Below are positions 11,781-23,864 of a stretch of DNA of 64,000 nucleotides, piece after piece (the first letter of the stretch is position 1; every line of letters starts with the position of its first letter). Source of the stretch: Takakia lepidozioides (Eukaryota; Plantae; Bryophyta); NCBI GenBank assembly GCA_030704615.1, contig CM060732.1, positions 58,342,001-58,406,000 of the forward strand. Direction: 5' to 3'. A program made the translations under genes and the position numbers. The notes under the pieces are model-generated. The model saw only the letters and a program-made list of their open reading frames with translations, searched no databases and was not told the origin of the DNA.

Positions 11781-13530
11781 CTAAATGCCAAATGAAAATA
11801 AATGATTAAAGAAAACTCAGAAATCAGATCAGAAGTGATGAGCACCGACGATCATCAACACATCTAATCAAATGTCAAAGTCCTGTCACTTAACTCCATG
11901 TATTGTTTTTTATTTTTATTGTACATAATTAACCCTTAAAACATGTAAGAAGCCAGGCCCTTTGATGACATGGAATTATAATACTGAAAATGTGTATTTT
12001 AAATCATTATTTAAAAAAAACCGTCCAACACAATTCTGAATAATATTTTGAAAAATTCAGGATATTCTCCATAAATATAAAGAAAAAATCAGGACCGTCG
12101 ACACCGGCAATTCAACTTTTTAATAGATTTATAAATTGGCAGAAAAAATCAGGACCGCCAGTGCTGGCAGTCCTCATTTTTTATTATCAAAATAAAAGAT
12201 AAAATTGGGACCACAAGCGCTGACGATCCCGTATTATTTAAAAACAATAAAATGAGAAATCGGGACAGCCAGAGGTAACGGTCCCGATTTTGATTTTGTT
12301 TCAGCAAAATAAAAAATGCGGGGACCACCACAACCATCGCAAGTAACGGCGGTGACGGTCCCCATTTAGTTTTTATTTAACAAATTAATTAGCACTCGCG
12401 GTTTGGCTTTAATTATTATCTTTAAAAAAAAAATCGTCAGCGTTGGCGATCATGATTTAGATATTATCTAAAAAAAAAAAAAAAACCCCACCAAAGCTGA
12501 CGGTCCCTAGTTAAATTTTTATCCAAAAAAAACGGGATCGTCAGCGCTGACCTCAAAAAATAAAATTGAGATAATATTTTGATCATCTACTTTTTAAGAC
12601 TTCCAAACTAAAGATTTGAGATACCTCAAAAAACATAATGAGCTAATATTCTAATTATTAACACTTTTAAACCTCCAACTAAAGTTTTGAGATACCTCCA
12701 ATAATGTAATTGAGGCAATATTTTTATTTTTTATTTTCTTACAACTCAAACTGAGATTTTGAGATACCTCAGAAAACGTAATTGAGATAAAATTTTAATT
12801 AATTATTTTTTTAATCTCAAATTAAAATAACTAGTTATCCCAAAAACAGAATTGAAGTTATATGGATTAAAAGAAAACCAAATTTAGAAAGATGGTAGGA
12901 GGTCAAAAATCCTCCGCCATTTTTATAGCTCCCATACCAAAATAAAATAAAATAAACACTACAAAACAATTGTACATTGGTTCTCAAAGGGTTTTCTTAA
13001 TGCACATATCTTGACCTCAATTATTTAATTTAATTGGGACCGCCAGTGCCAATTTTTTCTCTGAAAAATGTATTTGTTTTACATAAAAATGAAATCACTA
13101 TTTATTTACAATTTAACGGGACTACCAACATAGGCGGTCCCAAGGTTTTCTTAATTTTATCAAAATTGGGACCGCCAGCGCTGGCGGTCCCAATTTATTT
13201 ATTATTTGAACATAAAATGGGACCGCCAGTGCAGGCGGTGCTGGCGGTCCCGACTTTCTTGTAATTTTTTACAAAATCGGGACCGCGACAAAATCGAGAC
13301 GACCAATGTTGGCGGTCCCATTTTAAATAAAAATCACCATTGATTCGTGTGGATTTATATTTATAAAACATTATTCAATTAAACTAAGGACCGCCGATGG
13401 TGACAATCCTAGAGTTGGCGGTCATGGAACTGCCGGTCCCAACGTCAATTGTTGGTTTTTAAAATAAGAAACCACCTCAACGACATACACAGTTTTTTGC
13501 TACTCCAGTTATTTGCGTCACGTTAGTTTC
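11780..13530 (+). repeat. AT-rich block with GGGACCGCCA-NN-TGGCGGTCCC palindrome arrays and ~70-bp GAGATACCTC repeats; duplicated at 29480-32270
   Basis: Colinear similarity to the second copy; repeated palindromes. Confidence 0.85.
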
Positions 13531-13841
13531 AAGATGATGAAGATGAAGACGAGCACCTGGACATTGATGGAGAAGTTGAGGAGATGGTGGTACATACAGA
13601 AGATGATTTGCGATGGACATGGGCAAACATGGAAATCATTGAAATGCATTCAATGGAGTTCGTTATCGCAGGAGAAACATGTCGAGCATTAAACGAACGA
13701 TGCACTGTTTGCCAAGATTGTCCAGTAGAGGACGAGTCAGTTCGTATTCTTAGTGAGTACAGCCATTTTTTTAACTCTATATACATTGAAGGGTGGCTAC
13801 TTCGAAACGGGTCATGCCATGTTTGCCGCAATAGGATCTGA
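13530..13841 (+). pseudogene. Degenerate RING-H2 E3 ligase fragment
   Basis: CTVCQD....ESVRILSEYSHFFNSIYIEGWLLRNGSCHVCR: RING-H2 spacing with three Zn ligands mutated (C>Y, H>N, C>Y). Confidence 0.75.
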
Positions 13842-14899
13842 AACATTGTAGTCACTGTAGAAAGAAAACTTATATGTACTTCATGACATAGAAGTGGATA
13901 AAGGAGACTATGATCATTGAGGTCGGCAACGACTATTAAGAATAAAAAGAAATTGTAGTTCTTTGACGTTTTGTACTTTCAAAATTTTGAATGGAGTGTT
14001 GTGCTTTAACTGTTTTGTTCAGTTGGAAAGTGGTTGGACACGTCATTTGATGTTTCCCTAGTAACTTTAAAGTCGGCAACGATTTTAAGAAACCGCTCTG
14101 AATTTCTGAAATGAAAAATACGATGATTGTAAACATGCGTTGAGGTGTATAGACATTGTCTCGCAGCCCTCATCCGGATCTATTACAGTGTGGGTAGTCG
14201 ACAACGACCACAAAGAGATCAGAACGAATATGCAGGTTCCAGCAACCGTGAATAAGGTACATTTTTAATCAGTTTTATTTTATCTCAAATATGGAACCTA
14301 CGAAACTCATTTCAACTGTAGAAGGTGTTTCCTCTCACAAATGCAGTCTCACGTCCCTATAGTCAGCAACAACTTCAATGATTTCAAGTAGATGAGCTCG
14401 ATGGCACAACATTAGTGCTTCACACAAACAACTGTGAATCATGGGAATATTGATTTCCATGACAATTATTTTGATGCACATTGTTTTGGCCATGTCAGCA
14501 ACAAATTCCGGTGTGTGAATAATTTGTGTGTTAGGAAATGCTGTTGGTAAGATTGTATATCCGGAACGCCAATATCTTGTAGTCGGCACGGCACAGACTA
14601 CAAGAATTAACTAAAAGAAGATGGATATGGAGTCATATTTGATTGTAAAAAAGTGGGAGTTGAAAAATGAGCTCATATGAGAAAGAGCTGGAGTTAACAA
14701 GTTCATCCAAATGGTCATGTACTTTGTGGTCGGCACAGACTACAAATATTCCAAGCATGTCCATGTTTCCAAACCTATTTAAAAAATGAGCTTATCCGAT
14801 GAGAGACTTGGAGTTAACAAGATAATCCAAGATGTCATGCACTTTGTAGTCGGCACAAACTATAAGGATTCCAAATACTCATGATATCCAATGCGTCTC

Positions 14900-15310
14900 T
14901 ATGGGACCCAAGGACAATGATCGCGAACTAACATCTCCCGATTTCAGATACGGTGAGAGTTACGTGATCGATGACCTCCTGGTCTTCCCGCATCTTCAAA
15001 CGTCGCAGCATAATATAGTATAAGTGCTTACAGTGCGTGTAAGATCCTTTTGCTTTCTTCATTTTGTTAAAATTAGGGCATGTCCACTCCGGACTTCTAG
15101 ATATGCAAACATTGTACATCTCCCCTATTTTTGCTGATCCCAGTGTGCGCAGTGTGTACACACATCTAATTCCCGGGCAAGGAACATCCTTGAATGATTG
15201 CACCGTGGTCTGCAAAGACTGAGCTAATTTCATCTTCTTACGAACGATTGCTGACCGTCTTCTACCGGCATACTATGTCTCATCTTTTCGTTGCGTACGA
15301 ATCTGGGTGC
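14900..15310 (-). pseudogene. Second SWIM zinc-finger pseudogene fragment
   Basis: YNVCISRSPEWTCPNF...CKHLYYIM; paralogous to 10070-10540. Confidence 0.75.
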
Positions 15311-15744
15311 CATCAACGCATTACCTTCTCTCATGTACGTTGCTCATATGCTTCTTGAGGTTGTTTACCCATCGTGGGTCATTTGGTCGGTGCCCACTAT
15401 AATATGAACCAAGTTTTTTTTTGCCACAATGTATAAATTGAACGAATTCTCTCGTTTGCCCCCCTAATTACATATGCTGTGTTGTAGTCGGTGACAACTA
15501 CATGACCCGAAATCCGGTTGAGGTACCGTTTTACCCGCGATGGCATGTTGTGTTATAGTCGCTGTCGATTATAACACCCAAACTATAGCCACAGTTATAG
15601 GCGTTGTAACCCTTATTTTCGTTTACTTTTGCAAAAATCAAAATTGTCTCGTTTATGTATGGCAAAGTCGGTGCGCGGGGATGTCGGGTCCGTGGTTCGG
15701 TGTAGATTCGGGCAAGGTTTGGAATAGTCCGTTCATGCATTTTC

Positions 15745-16750
15745 AACCCCCCACGAAGGCTTGCCTGCAGTGCAGCCATGCGCTTGTCGGTATCGCCTCA
15801 TCATGAATGCTCTTTAATATTCGCCGCCACTACAGCTTGGCGGCAGTTGCAACGCCCTCCTCCGCCATCCCATGTGGGAATGGGACCCCTGCCCCTTGCA
15901 GGATGTTCAGAGCGACAGTGCATCAAAAACCTGCGTAGACAGGTATGGTATTCTTAATATATGTATGTATAATGTATCTTCTTGTGCGTAGGTAGGTACG
16001 ATATTCCTAATATATGTATATATAATGTATTTTCTCTATGAAAAAATACGTATGGCTCAACCTGTTTTAGCCACACACTTTTGAGATAGAGCGTTTAGCC
16101 CTAATGCCCAGGCAAGATGTTAGGGTAGGTGCACCCCGCAGAGGGCTTGTGTACATGGCGTAAGAGGGACTTGTGCGCTACCGTAGCATGAGGGCACATA
16201 GCGGCCGGTGGGAGGCGAGGCAACAGAGCGGGTACGAAGGCTCGCCGGCGGTGCAGCCAGCACCCTGTCGACACCGCCTCATCATGAATGCTCTTTAGTA
16301 TTCGCCACCACTGCAGCTTGGCGGCAGTTGCAAGGCCCGCCTCTGTCATTCCATGTTGGAATATGACCCTTGCCCCTTGCATGATACTCAGAGCGACAGT
16401 GCATCAAAAAATTGCGTAGGCAGATATGGTATTCATAATATATGTATGTGTAACGTATCTTCTTGTGCGTAGGCATGTATAATATTTCTAATATATGATT
16501 TGTGCGCCACTGTGGCATAAAGGGTGAATATCGGGTGGATGGAAAACGGGACAGCAAAGTGGGCACGAAGGCTTGCCGATAGTGCAACCAGCGGCCTGTC
16601 GACACCGCCTCATCATGAATGCTCTTTAGTATTCGTCGCCACTGCAGCTTGGTGGCAGTTGCAAGGTCCCCCCCCCCCCGCCATGCCATGTGGAAGTGGA
16701 ACCCCTGCCCCTTGTAGGATGGTCAGAGCGACAGTGCGTGAAAAACTGCA
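15745..16750 (+). repeat. Satellite array (3 hairpin modules)
   Basis: Same modules as 3945-6360. Confidence 0.9.
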
Positions 16751-17379
16751 AGAGGGCAGTAATTCACGTCAGACTTATTTGATTATGTTTGGGATGACTA
16801 TTAGAATGAGCATTATCAACATATGTACAGTGTGATCGCCAGAGCTAGCGGTGCTAATTTATTGATTATTATTATTATTATTATTATTATTTTGTTATTT
16901 TGTTATTTTAGAGAAGATATATTGCCTTGATTAATTTTATTCATGAATTATTTGGGGAAAAAAACCCGATTAAGCTATAAGGCGCACACACTGTAATCAG
17001 TGTAATAAGAGCCATGCATCCAACAAGTTGGATTATGATTTGGGACAGATCGTAAAAGAAAAAACCACTTAAATGTAGCAGGTCTATTCCAATTGCCGAT
17101 CCTTAAACGAACAGATCATTTGACCATATATTGGTTGCCTCACAAATCAGATGACTCAGATTTTGCCCATTGACCTTACCCAAAGCAGAATGATTAAAGA
17201 GTAATTAAGTCTAGAGGCCTTGGAAGAGGTCTTGAGGTGTTTTCAGTTGACATCGCATTCAAACTTTGGCGAACGAGTGGAGGAGGACTCGCAAGTCACG
17301 CCATGCTGGTGGAAGAAGCTCTGTCTAGACACATTTGTCTTGCGAAGGGGTGTGGCAGATAATTCGCACAGCCCCATGA

Positions 17380-17925
17380 ACTGCAGAAGGTTGCGTGGAT
17401 ATCACTAGCGCTCCCAGAATTTCGTTCCATGTCTGCACACGTTTTAGTCCAAGCCTTACGGGCTTCAGTTTGAAGATCATAAAAAATGTGGAAAGAAGCG
17501 CAAAGATAATGGCGGTCGTTCCAGATAAGGTATTCTTACACCGTAACTTCCACATGTGTCATAGCGTAGATCCTCAGAGGGTTTTAAATACAAAGCAGCT
17601 CACAACTCTGGTTTTTGTGTTCTTGTCATAGTTTAGAAACAGATGGGTTTTGGATATGGCAAATAGGTTTCAGTGTAGGTATAGAGATTTCACCAATGAC
17701 CATATCTTGGATGGTGCTTGGCAGTGACGCAAACAGTGTTCCAGGGTTTCCTGCATGGCGGAACAGTAGCACGCACATAGGACTGATGCTTGGAATTGGA
17801 GCCATTCCCCCACTTTAAGAACCCTATTCGCAACTTGCCATAGAAAGGCAAAGATTTTTTAAGGACGAGTTTTGATCCATATTGAGCCCTAGATAACCGA
17901 CCACTTTTCATCACGAAATCCAATT
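17380..17925 (-). pseudogene. L1-type LINE zf-RVT fragment (second copy)
   Basis: KIFAFLWQVANRVLKVGEWLQ..LCACYC...ETLEHCLRHC..SKIW. Confidence 0.75.
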
Positions 17926-18598
17926 TTTTTTATTGTTGTAAACATCGCGAAAGTTTGCGTTTATGATTTTGTTGTTGATAAAAAATAAAAATAAATAAGG
18001 ATCGTGGTAAATCAGGTGGTCCCAATATTAATAAATAATAATAATGTGTTATTGGGACCATCAGCTCTAGTGGTACGGACATTATTAATAAAATAATAAT
18101 AGAAATGGAACCGTCAGCTTTGGTGGTCCCGACATTAATAATAAAATTGGGACCACTGGCTCTAACGGTTTTGATATTATTAATTATTAATAATTAAGAT
18201 CATCAGCTCTGATGGTCCACATATTAATTTAAAATAGTAATAAAATTGGGACTGTCAAATTTGGCGATCCGATATCAATAAAATAAAATAAAAATATTGG
18301 ACCATTGCTATTTTATATTATATATTTATATATTTATATAAACTGATTGGCAACGGCAGCGATTGGGCGCTTGTTGGATAACCGTCCAATGACAGCATAC
18401 CGTAGCTATGCGGGTTTTTTTTTTTTTTTTAAATTTATTTTTTTATTTTCTTTTGGTCGGACGATTGCCGGGTGACAACGACGCTCGCCCCACTGTCACT
18501 GACGGCTGGATGACCATGAATCACAATCTAATTACTAAAATTCAATTTAATTGAAGTTTTTTTCGTACTTATAATTTCTGAAGGACATGGATACTTAA

Positions 18599-19900
18599 CC
18601 CCTAAAGGCCGGCGCGACCTCGCAGCCGTTTTCATCCACGGAATAACTTCCATGGATGAAAGCGGATGAAAATGTGTTTGAATGAAAAGTGAGCGCTAGA
18701 ATTAATCCTACGCGCTCCACTTTACTGCGCCCCCAAAAACCCAAAATTCTGCCTCTTCAAAGATCACGGGTACCCCCCGATAGATGGATCTGAGGCTGCC
18801 ACTGTAGTTGATTTGCCGATGTGGCTTGCAGACAGCCCTCAGATGGAAGTGACTAGAAAAGTAATAAAAAAGTCTATCACTACAATAGATTGCGGCTTTT
18901 ATGACTCCCATGGGTGTGCAGTCACGACAAATTTGTGGCAGAAATGCCATATGCAGTCGTAAAATGCCTTTTGAAGTCATAACATAGATCACGACGAAGC
19001 CGTTTATGCGACTGTATGACTCCGAACTTTGCGCAACACAGGTCAAACACCCTTTGACCAGGAATATTGCCATGGCGGATATGACTACCAGTCAGGGTCA
19101 TGCCCATACTAGAATGACGTGTGCATATTGCTAGACGGACATATGACTTCATGACTGTCACTCTAATGCATTCTGCCAGATCATCACATGCCGTCATGAC
19201 ATGGAGAGTCTGTGACATGGAACAACTTATGAGGTGTCTACATATGATTGGTTAAGTGGTTTTGAAGCAGATTAGTAGGCCGTTTGCGCTTTGTGGAGAA
19301 GAATGGAACGTGAAGCCAACATGCTAGAGAGGCGATCTGGAACCGCATCTGTTTGTGACGTTACGTTCAAATGCCGACGTGCATTTTAGTGTTTGTTGAT
19401 CGTGGACAACATCAAAAGCAAGCCTCATACTGCAGAATGACAGACGAACAAATGATGCATTCAGGGGATAGGCAAATTCATGCAAATCATAAAATTCACT
19501 CATGAGAGTGATGCAAAACATTGCTCAACAAAAGTCTTTCCAGCAGTGTAGTGCTGAATGTACTGCACCCTGCTTGAGCCATTCACAGATAGGGGACTCT
19601 ACAAGTGAGTCACATGGTGTTAGCTGGGGCATGAGAGAAACTGCCCATAAAATGCATCTACGCAAAGAACCCATTCAACCAGTCAGAGCATCATCTATGC
19701 GGATTGCCGGATTCTTTTGGGGAAAAATGCAAACATGATAAGTAGGGACCAAGCTTAAAAGCACTCCGCTGGTATTCAATGGTCCATAAACACGACCCAC
19801 AAAATCACTGGGGCAATTATGTAATGTAAACTGGAAGGCACATGCACTTTGTCAACAATGTACCCAAAGGCAGAACTGATGTGTAAATCTGCATGCCGTT
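18599..19900 (+). mobile_element. Second, longer piggyBac-like copy (3' end missing) with degenerate transposase relic
   Basis: TTAA at 18595-18598 followed by CCCCTAAAGGCCG; motifs DEQMM(A)FRG (19443), IYAKNPF (19656) and LSTMY (19849) in piggyBac order and spacing. Confidence 0.6.
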
Positions 19901-20143
19901 CCAAAGTCTATAGTGACATAAATGTCATGTCACGTTGCCAGACAGACACGTCATGTAAGTTGGACACCTCCAACACCCTGCTACAAGGACACCCCCAAGG
20001 GCAACCCTAGTGTCAGTCTTATGAATCCCATATTATTCATGAATCAACCGGGATTACATATTGAATTTTGCCCAATACCACCCTTCATATACTTGAGATA
20101 GAGAAAGGCAGTTGGGGGGGGAAGTCGTACTTCATTCTAGGTA

Positions 20144-20435
20144 CTAGTGCAACCACGAAATATGCAAAGGGGTACGACATTTCCTGCCATACAACAACTC
20201 AAAAGGGGAAAGCTTAGTACTAGCATGAATAGAAGTGTGATAAGCAAACAACAGAATTGGAACAGTCATGTCCCACTCGTCAATCAAAGTCTCATTCTTC
20301 TCTAACATCTGACACATGGACTTGTTAAAACGCCCCGTCAAGCCATTGCATTGGGGGTTATAAGGGGCAGTCACCGCATGATTAGTATTCAAGTTAAACA
20401 AGACAATATCCATGAGCTGGTTACAAAACTCTGTA
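20144..20435 (-). pseudogene. Ty3/Gypsy integrase core fragment from a different family
   Basis: TDPGTEFCN...TAPYNPQCNGLTGRFNKS...W...LFAYHTSIHASTKLSPFELLYGR. Confidence 0.85.
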
Positions 20436-23157
20436 CCAGGGTCAGTACCAATCAAGCAGGCAAGGTACAGAATGAATCCCAACTACGCACAGAAGGTTGC
20501 AGAAGAGATCAAGAAGTTGGCTGAGGCTAAGTTTATATATCCAATAGAGTATACAACTTGGTTGTCACCCATTGTGATAGTTCCCAAGAAGAATGGTAAA
20601 CTGAGAGTTTGTGTGAACTACAAGAAGCTGAATGCTTGTACGAAGAAAGATCATTTCCCTATTACAGAAGCAGTATTGGACACTGTGGCAGGCCATGAGA
20701 TGTACTCATTCATGGATGGCTTCAGTGGTTATAATCAAGTGCAAGTGGCAGAAGAAGACCAATGAAAGACAGCTTTCATCACAGACTGGGGTGCTTATGC
20801 ATACAAAGTCATGCCCTTTGGACTTTGTAATGCACCAGCAACCTTTCAGAGAGTGATAAGTGAATCTTTTCATGAGTATCTGGATGATTTCATGCAGGTG
20901 TTCTTGGATGATTTTAGTGTGTACAGCTCTAAGAATGAGCACTTGCATAAATTCGAGTTATGTCTGGCCAGATGCAGGATGAGAGATCTGGGCCTGAATC
21001 CAGATAAATGTACTTTCTGTGTGAACTCAGGCGTGCTTCTGGGACACATTGTGTGTAAGAGGGGACTTCTTGTGGATCCCAGGAAGACAGAGGCCATTAA
21101 AGCCTCTCCACCACCAACAAATGTTAAGAGTCTAAGGAGATTCCTTGGGCAAACCAGTTATTACAGAAGATTTGTCAAAAGGTATGCACAAATAGCAGCA
21201 CCATTGAGCAAGCTTCTGAAGAAAGATGCAGTGTTTGCATGGACAGCTGAATGTCAACAGGCTTTTGAGGAACTTACATTGTCAGTAACAACTACACCTG
21301 TGCTGATTAACCCTCACTTGCATGTAGTATTTCATGTTCACTGTGATGCCTCATGAGAAGCGTTGGGAGCGGTGTTAGCCCAGAATGTTACAGGAAATAT
21401 AGATTCACCTGTGTACTATGCTAGCAGGTTGATGAACAGTGCTGAAAGAAACTATAGCACAACTGAAAGAGAAGCACTGGCAATGATTTATGCAGTCAAG
21501 AAATTCAGGCATTACCTATTGGGAAGAAAGTTTATGTTTTATGTGGATCGCCAGGCTCTGATATATCTGGTGAACAAACCTTTGATAAGTAGAAGGATAG
21601 CGAGGTGGTTAATAATCTTGCATGAGTTTGAGTTCGAAGTTGTTTACAAGCCTGGCCGTTTGCATCTTGTGGCAGATCATTTGTCACGACTAACAACAGG
21701 AGAGGTCGCCACAGGAGTAGACGATCAGTTACCTGATGCGAGTTTATTTGTAATGGAGGTGCAAGGAAGTGTAGATGAATGGTTAGATTGGCAGTGGCCA
21801 ATCAGATACTACCTTACTCATGGTTAATGCCCACCTCGTTATGGTAAGGAGCAGAGGAAAAGAATCCCTATCAAGGCTTTACCTTATACTATGGTAGGAA
21901 ACAGAATGTATAAGCTAGGACCTGATGGAGTACTTAAACGATGCTTGTACCACCATGAAGTAAATAAAGTTTTGGAGGAAGTTCATAAAGGAGTGGCTGG
22001 AGGTCATTTTGGAGAAGAGATTACCAGTAGGAAGATACTACTTGCAGGTTACTGGTTGCGCAAAGATGTACACAAGTATTGTCAGAGTTTTGATGAATGT
22101 CAGAGGCTAGGACCTTTGCAGAGATCTGGAAAGATGGCCTTACATCCTACAATGCCTACAGAACCATTTCAGAAATGGGGACTAGACTTTGTTGGACCAA
22201 TTAACCCACCAGCCAAGAATACACGGAACAGGTACATAATTACAGCCACTGATTATACTACGAAGTGGGTGGAAGCTAAAGCTTTGAGGGACAACACAGC
22301 CAAGTCCACAGCAAGGTTCCTGTATGAGAACATACTTACACGATTTGGCTGTCCCTTGGAATTTATCAGTGATCAGGGAAGTCACTTCATTAATGAGACC
22401 ATTGAATTATTGACTAAAGAGTTCATGATTGTGCATAGGAAAAGTACAACATATTACCCACAGGGTAATGGACAGGCAGAGGCTACCAACAAAATACTAT
22501 GTACTATCTTGGCTAAGATAGTCAATGCAAACAGAACGGATTGGGATACAAAGCTGCTGACAGCTTTGTGGTCATACAGGACTTCATATAAAGTCACCAC
22601 TAAGTATACACCATTCCAATTAGTTTATGGTATGGAAGCTTTACTTCCAGTGGAATTCCTGTTACCTACCATGAGAACGAAATGGGGAAAGAGAATGGAA
22701 TTGCAAGATTCAATTAAGGTGAGGAAACATGAATTATACCATGTGGAAGAAGTACGTGCTGATGCAGCTGATAACATGACCAGAATTCAGATGAAGAGAA
22801 AGGAACAGTTTGATGAAGGCAAGATAAAGACTTTTAAGACGGGAGATTTGGTTCTCTGGTTGCAGAAGAAGGGAAAGATTAAAGCTTCTAAGCTTAAATC
22901 ACCATGGAAAGGACCTTACGTCATACAGAAAATGTATGATAACAACACCGCCATGTTACAAACCATTAATAAAGAGATGCTGGGAAGAGTCAATGCCAAT
23001 AAGTTGAAGGGGTACAGTGGTATCCATGACAAACCATTGCAGCATGATTTGCATGTTGAAACGCAAAAGCAGTCACAGGCTGCGCCAGTGATACCAACGG
23101 AGTATGTAGCACTTGTCGCTAAGCCGAGCATATATGACCAGGGCGGGCAGAACAAGA

Positions 23158-23370
23158 GCGACACAGCCTATCACAGCCCAGCAAGGCGCGACACAGCCTA
23201 TCACAGCCCATCACGACGTGACACAGTATATCACAGCCCAGCACGGCGCAATACAGCCTATCACAACCTACCACAGCGTGTCACAGTCTATCACAGCTTA
23301 CCACAGTGCAACACAGCCTATCACAGCGTACCACAGTATGACACAACCTGTCACAGCTCAACACAGCCTA
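23158..23370 (+). repeat. 30-bp tandem repeat (10-bp CACAGCC sub-repeat) after integrase
   Basis: GCGACACAGCCTATCACAGCCCAGCAAGGC-type units encoding RDTAYHSPxR; also at 39235-39510 and 58063-58300. Confidence 0.9.
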
Positions 23371-23864
23371 TTAGCGTTACACAATCCATTGAATCAGTGA
23401 TAGGTGGACGCAGGATAACTTCAGGGAAATGGCCGGCGGAAGAAAGGACGGAAGCCAGTTTAGAAAATGACACGTGGAAGTCAGGGCGCAACACACAGCT
23501 GAGAAGGAAGTGCAAGAACAGGTGTCATCAAGAAAGAGGACAAGAATGGCCGTCAAAATACCTACTTAGCACGTCAATTCGGATGAATGGCGGGCCCATT
23601 AATGAATACGGAAAAAGGGCAACAGAACAAACGGCAAGTACAGAAAAGCGAAATTCTTGTCACATGTGTTATCATAGTGGACAGTCCAGCAGGGAAAGTC
23701 CACTAAAGACAATTAAATCTAAAATCCAGTCACAGCGGTTACAGCCAATCGAAAGCCAGAAAAGGGATCAAGAAATTGGAGGGAATTTAAGCGCAAGAGT
23801 CGGCGTCGTTCTAAGTAACGGGCGTCTCGACGGGACAAACCATCAATGCTATAGCTTTGAAGCT

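Noticed and set aside
12957-12970. CACTACAAAA as a CACTA terminus
   Set aside because: The paralogue reads CATTAC, homology runs through it, and there is no matching end or TSD.
22800-23150. Chromodomain at family A integrase C-terminus
   Set aside because: Only a GPY module followed by low-complexity repeats is present.
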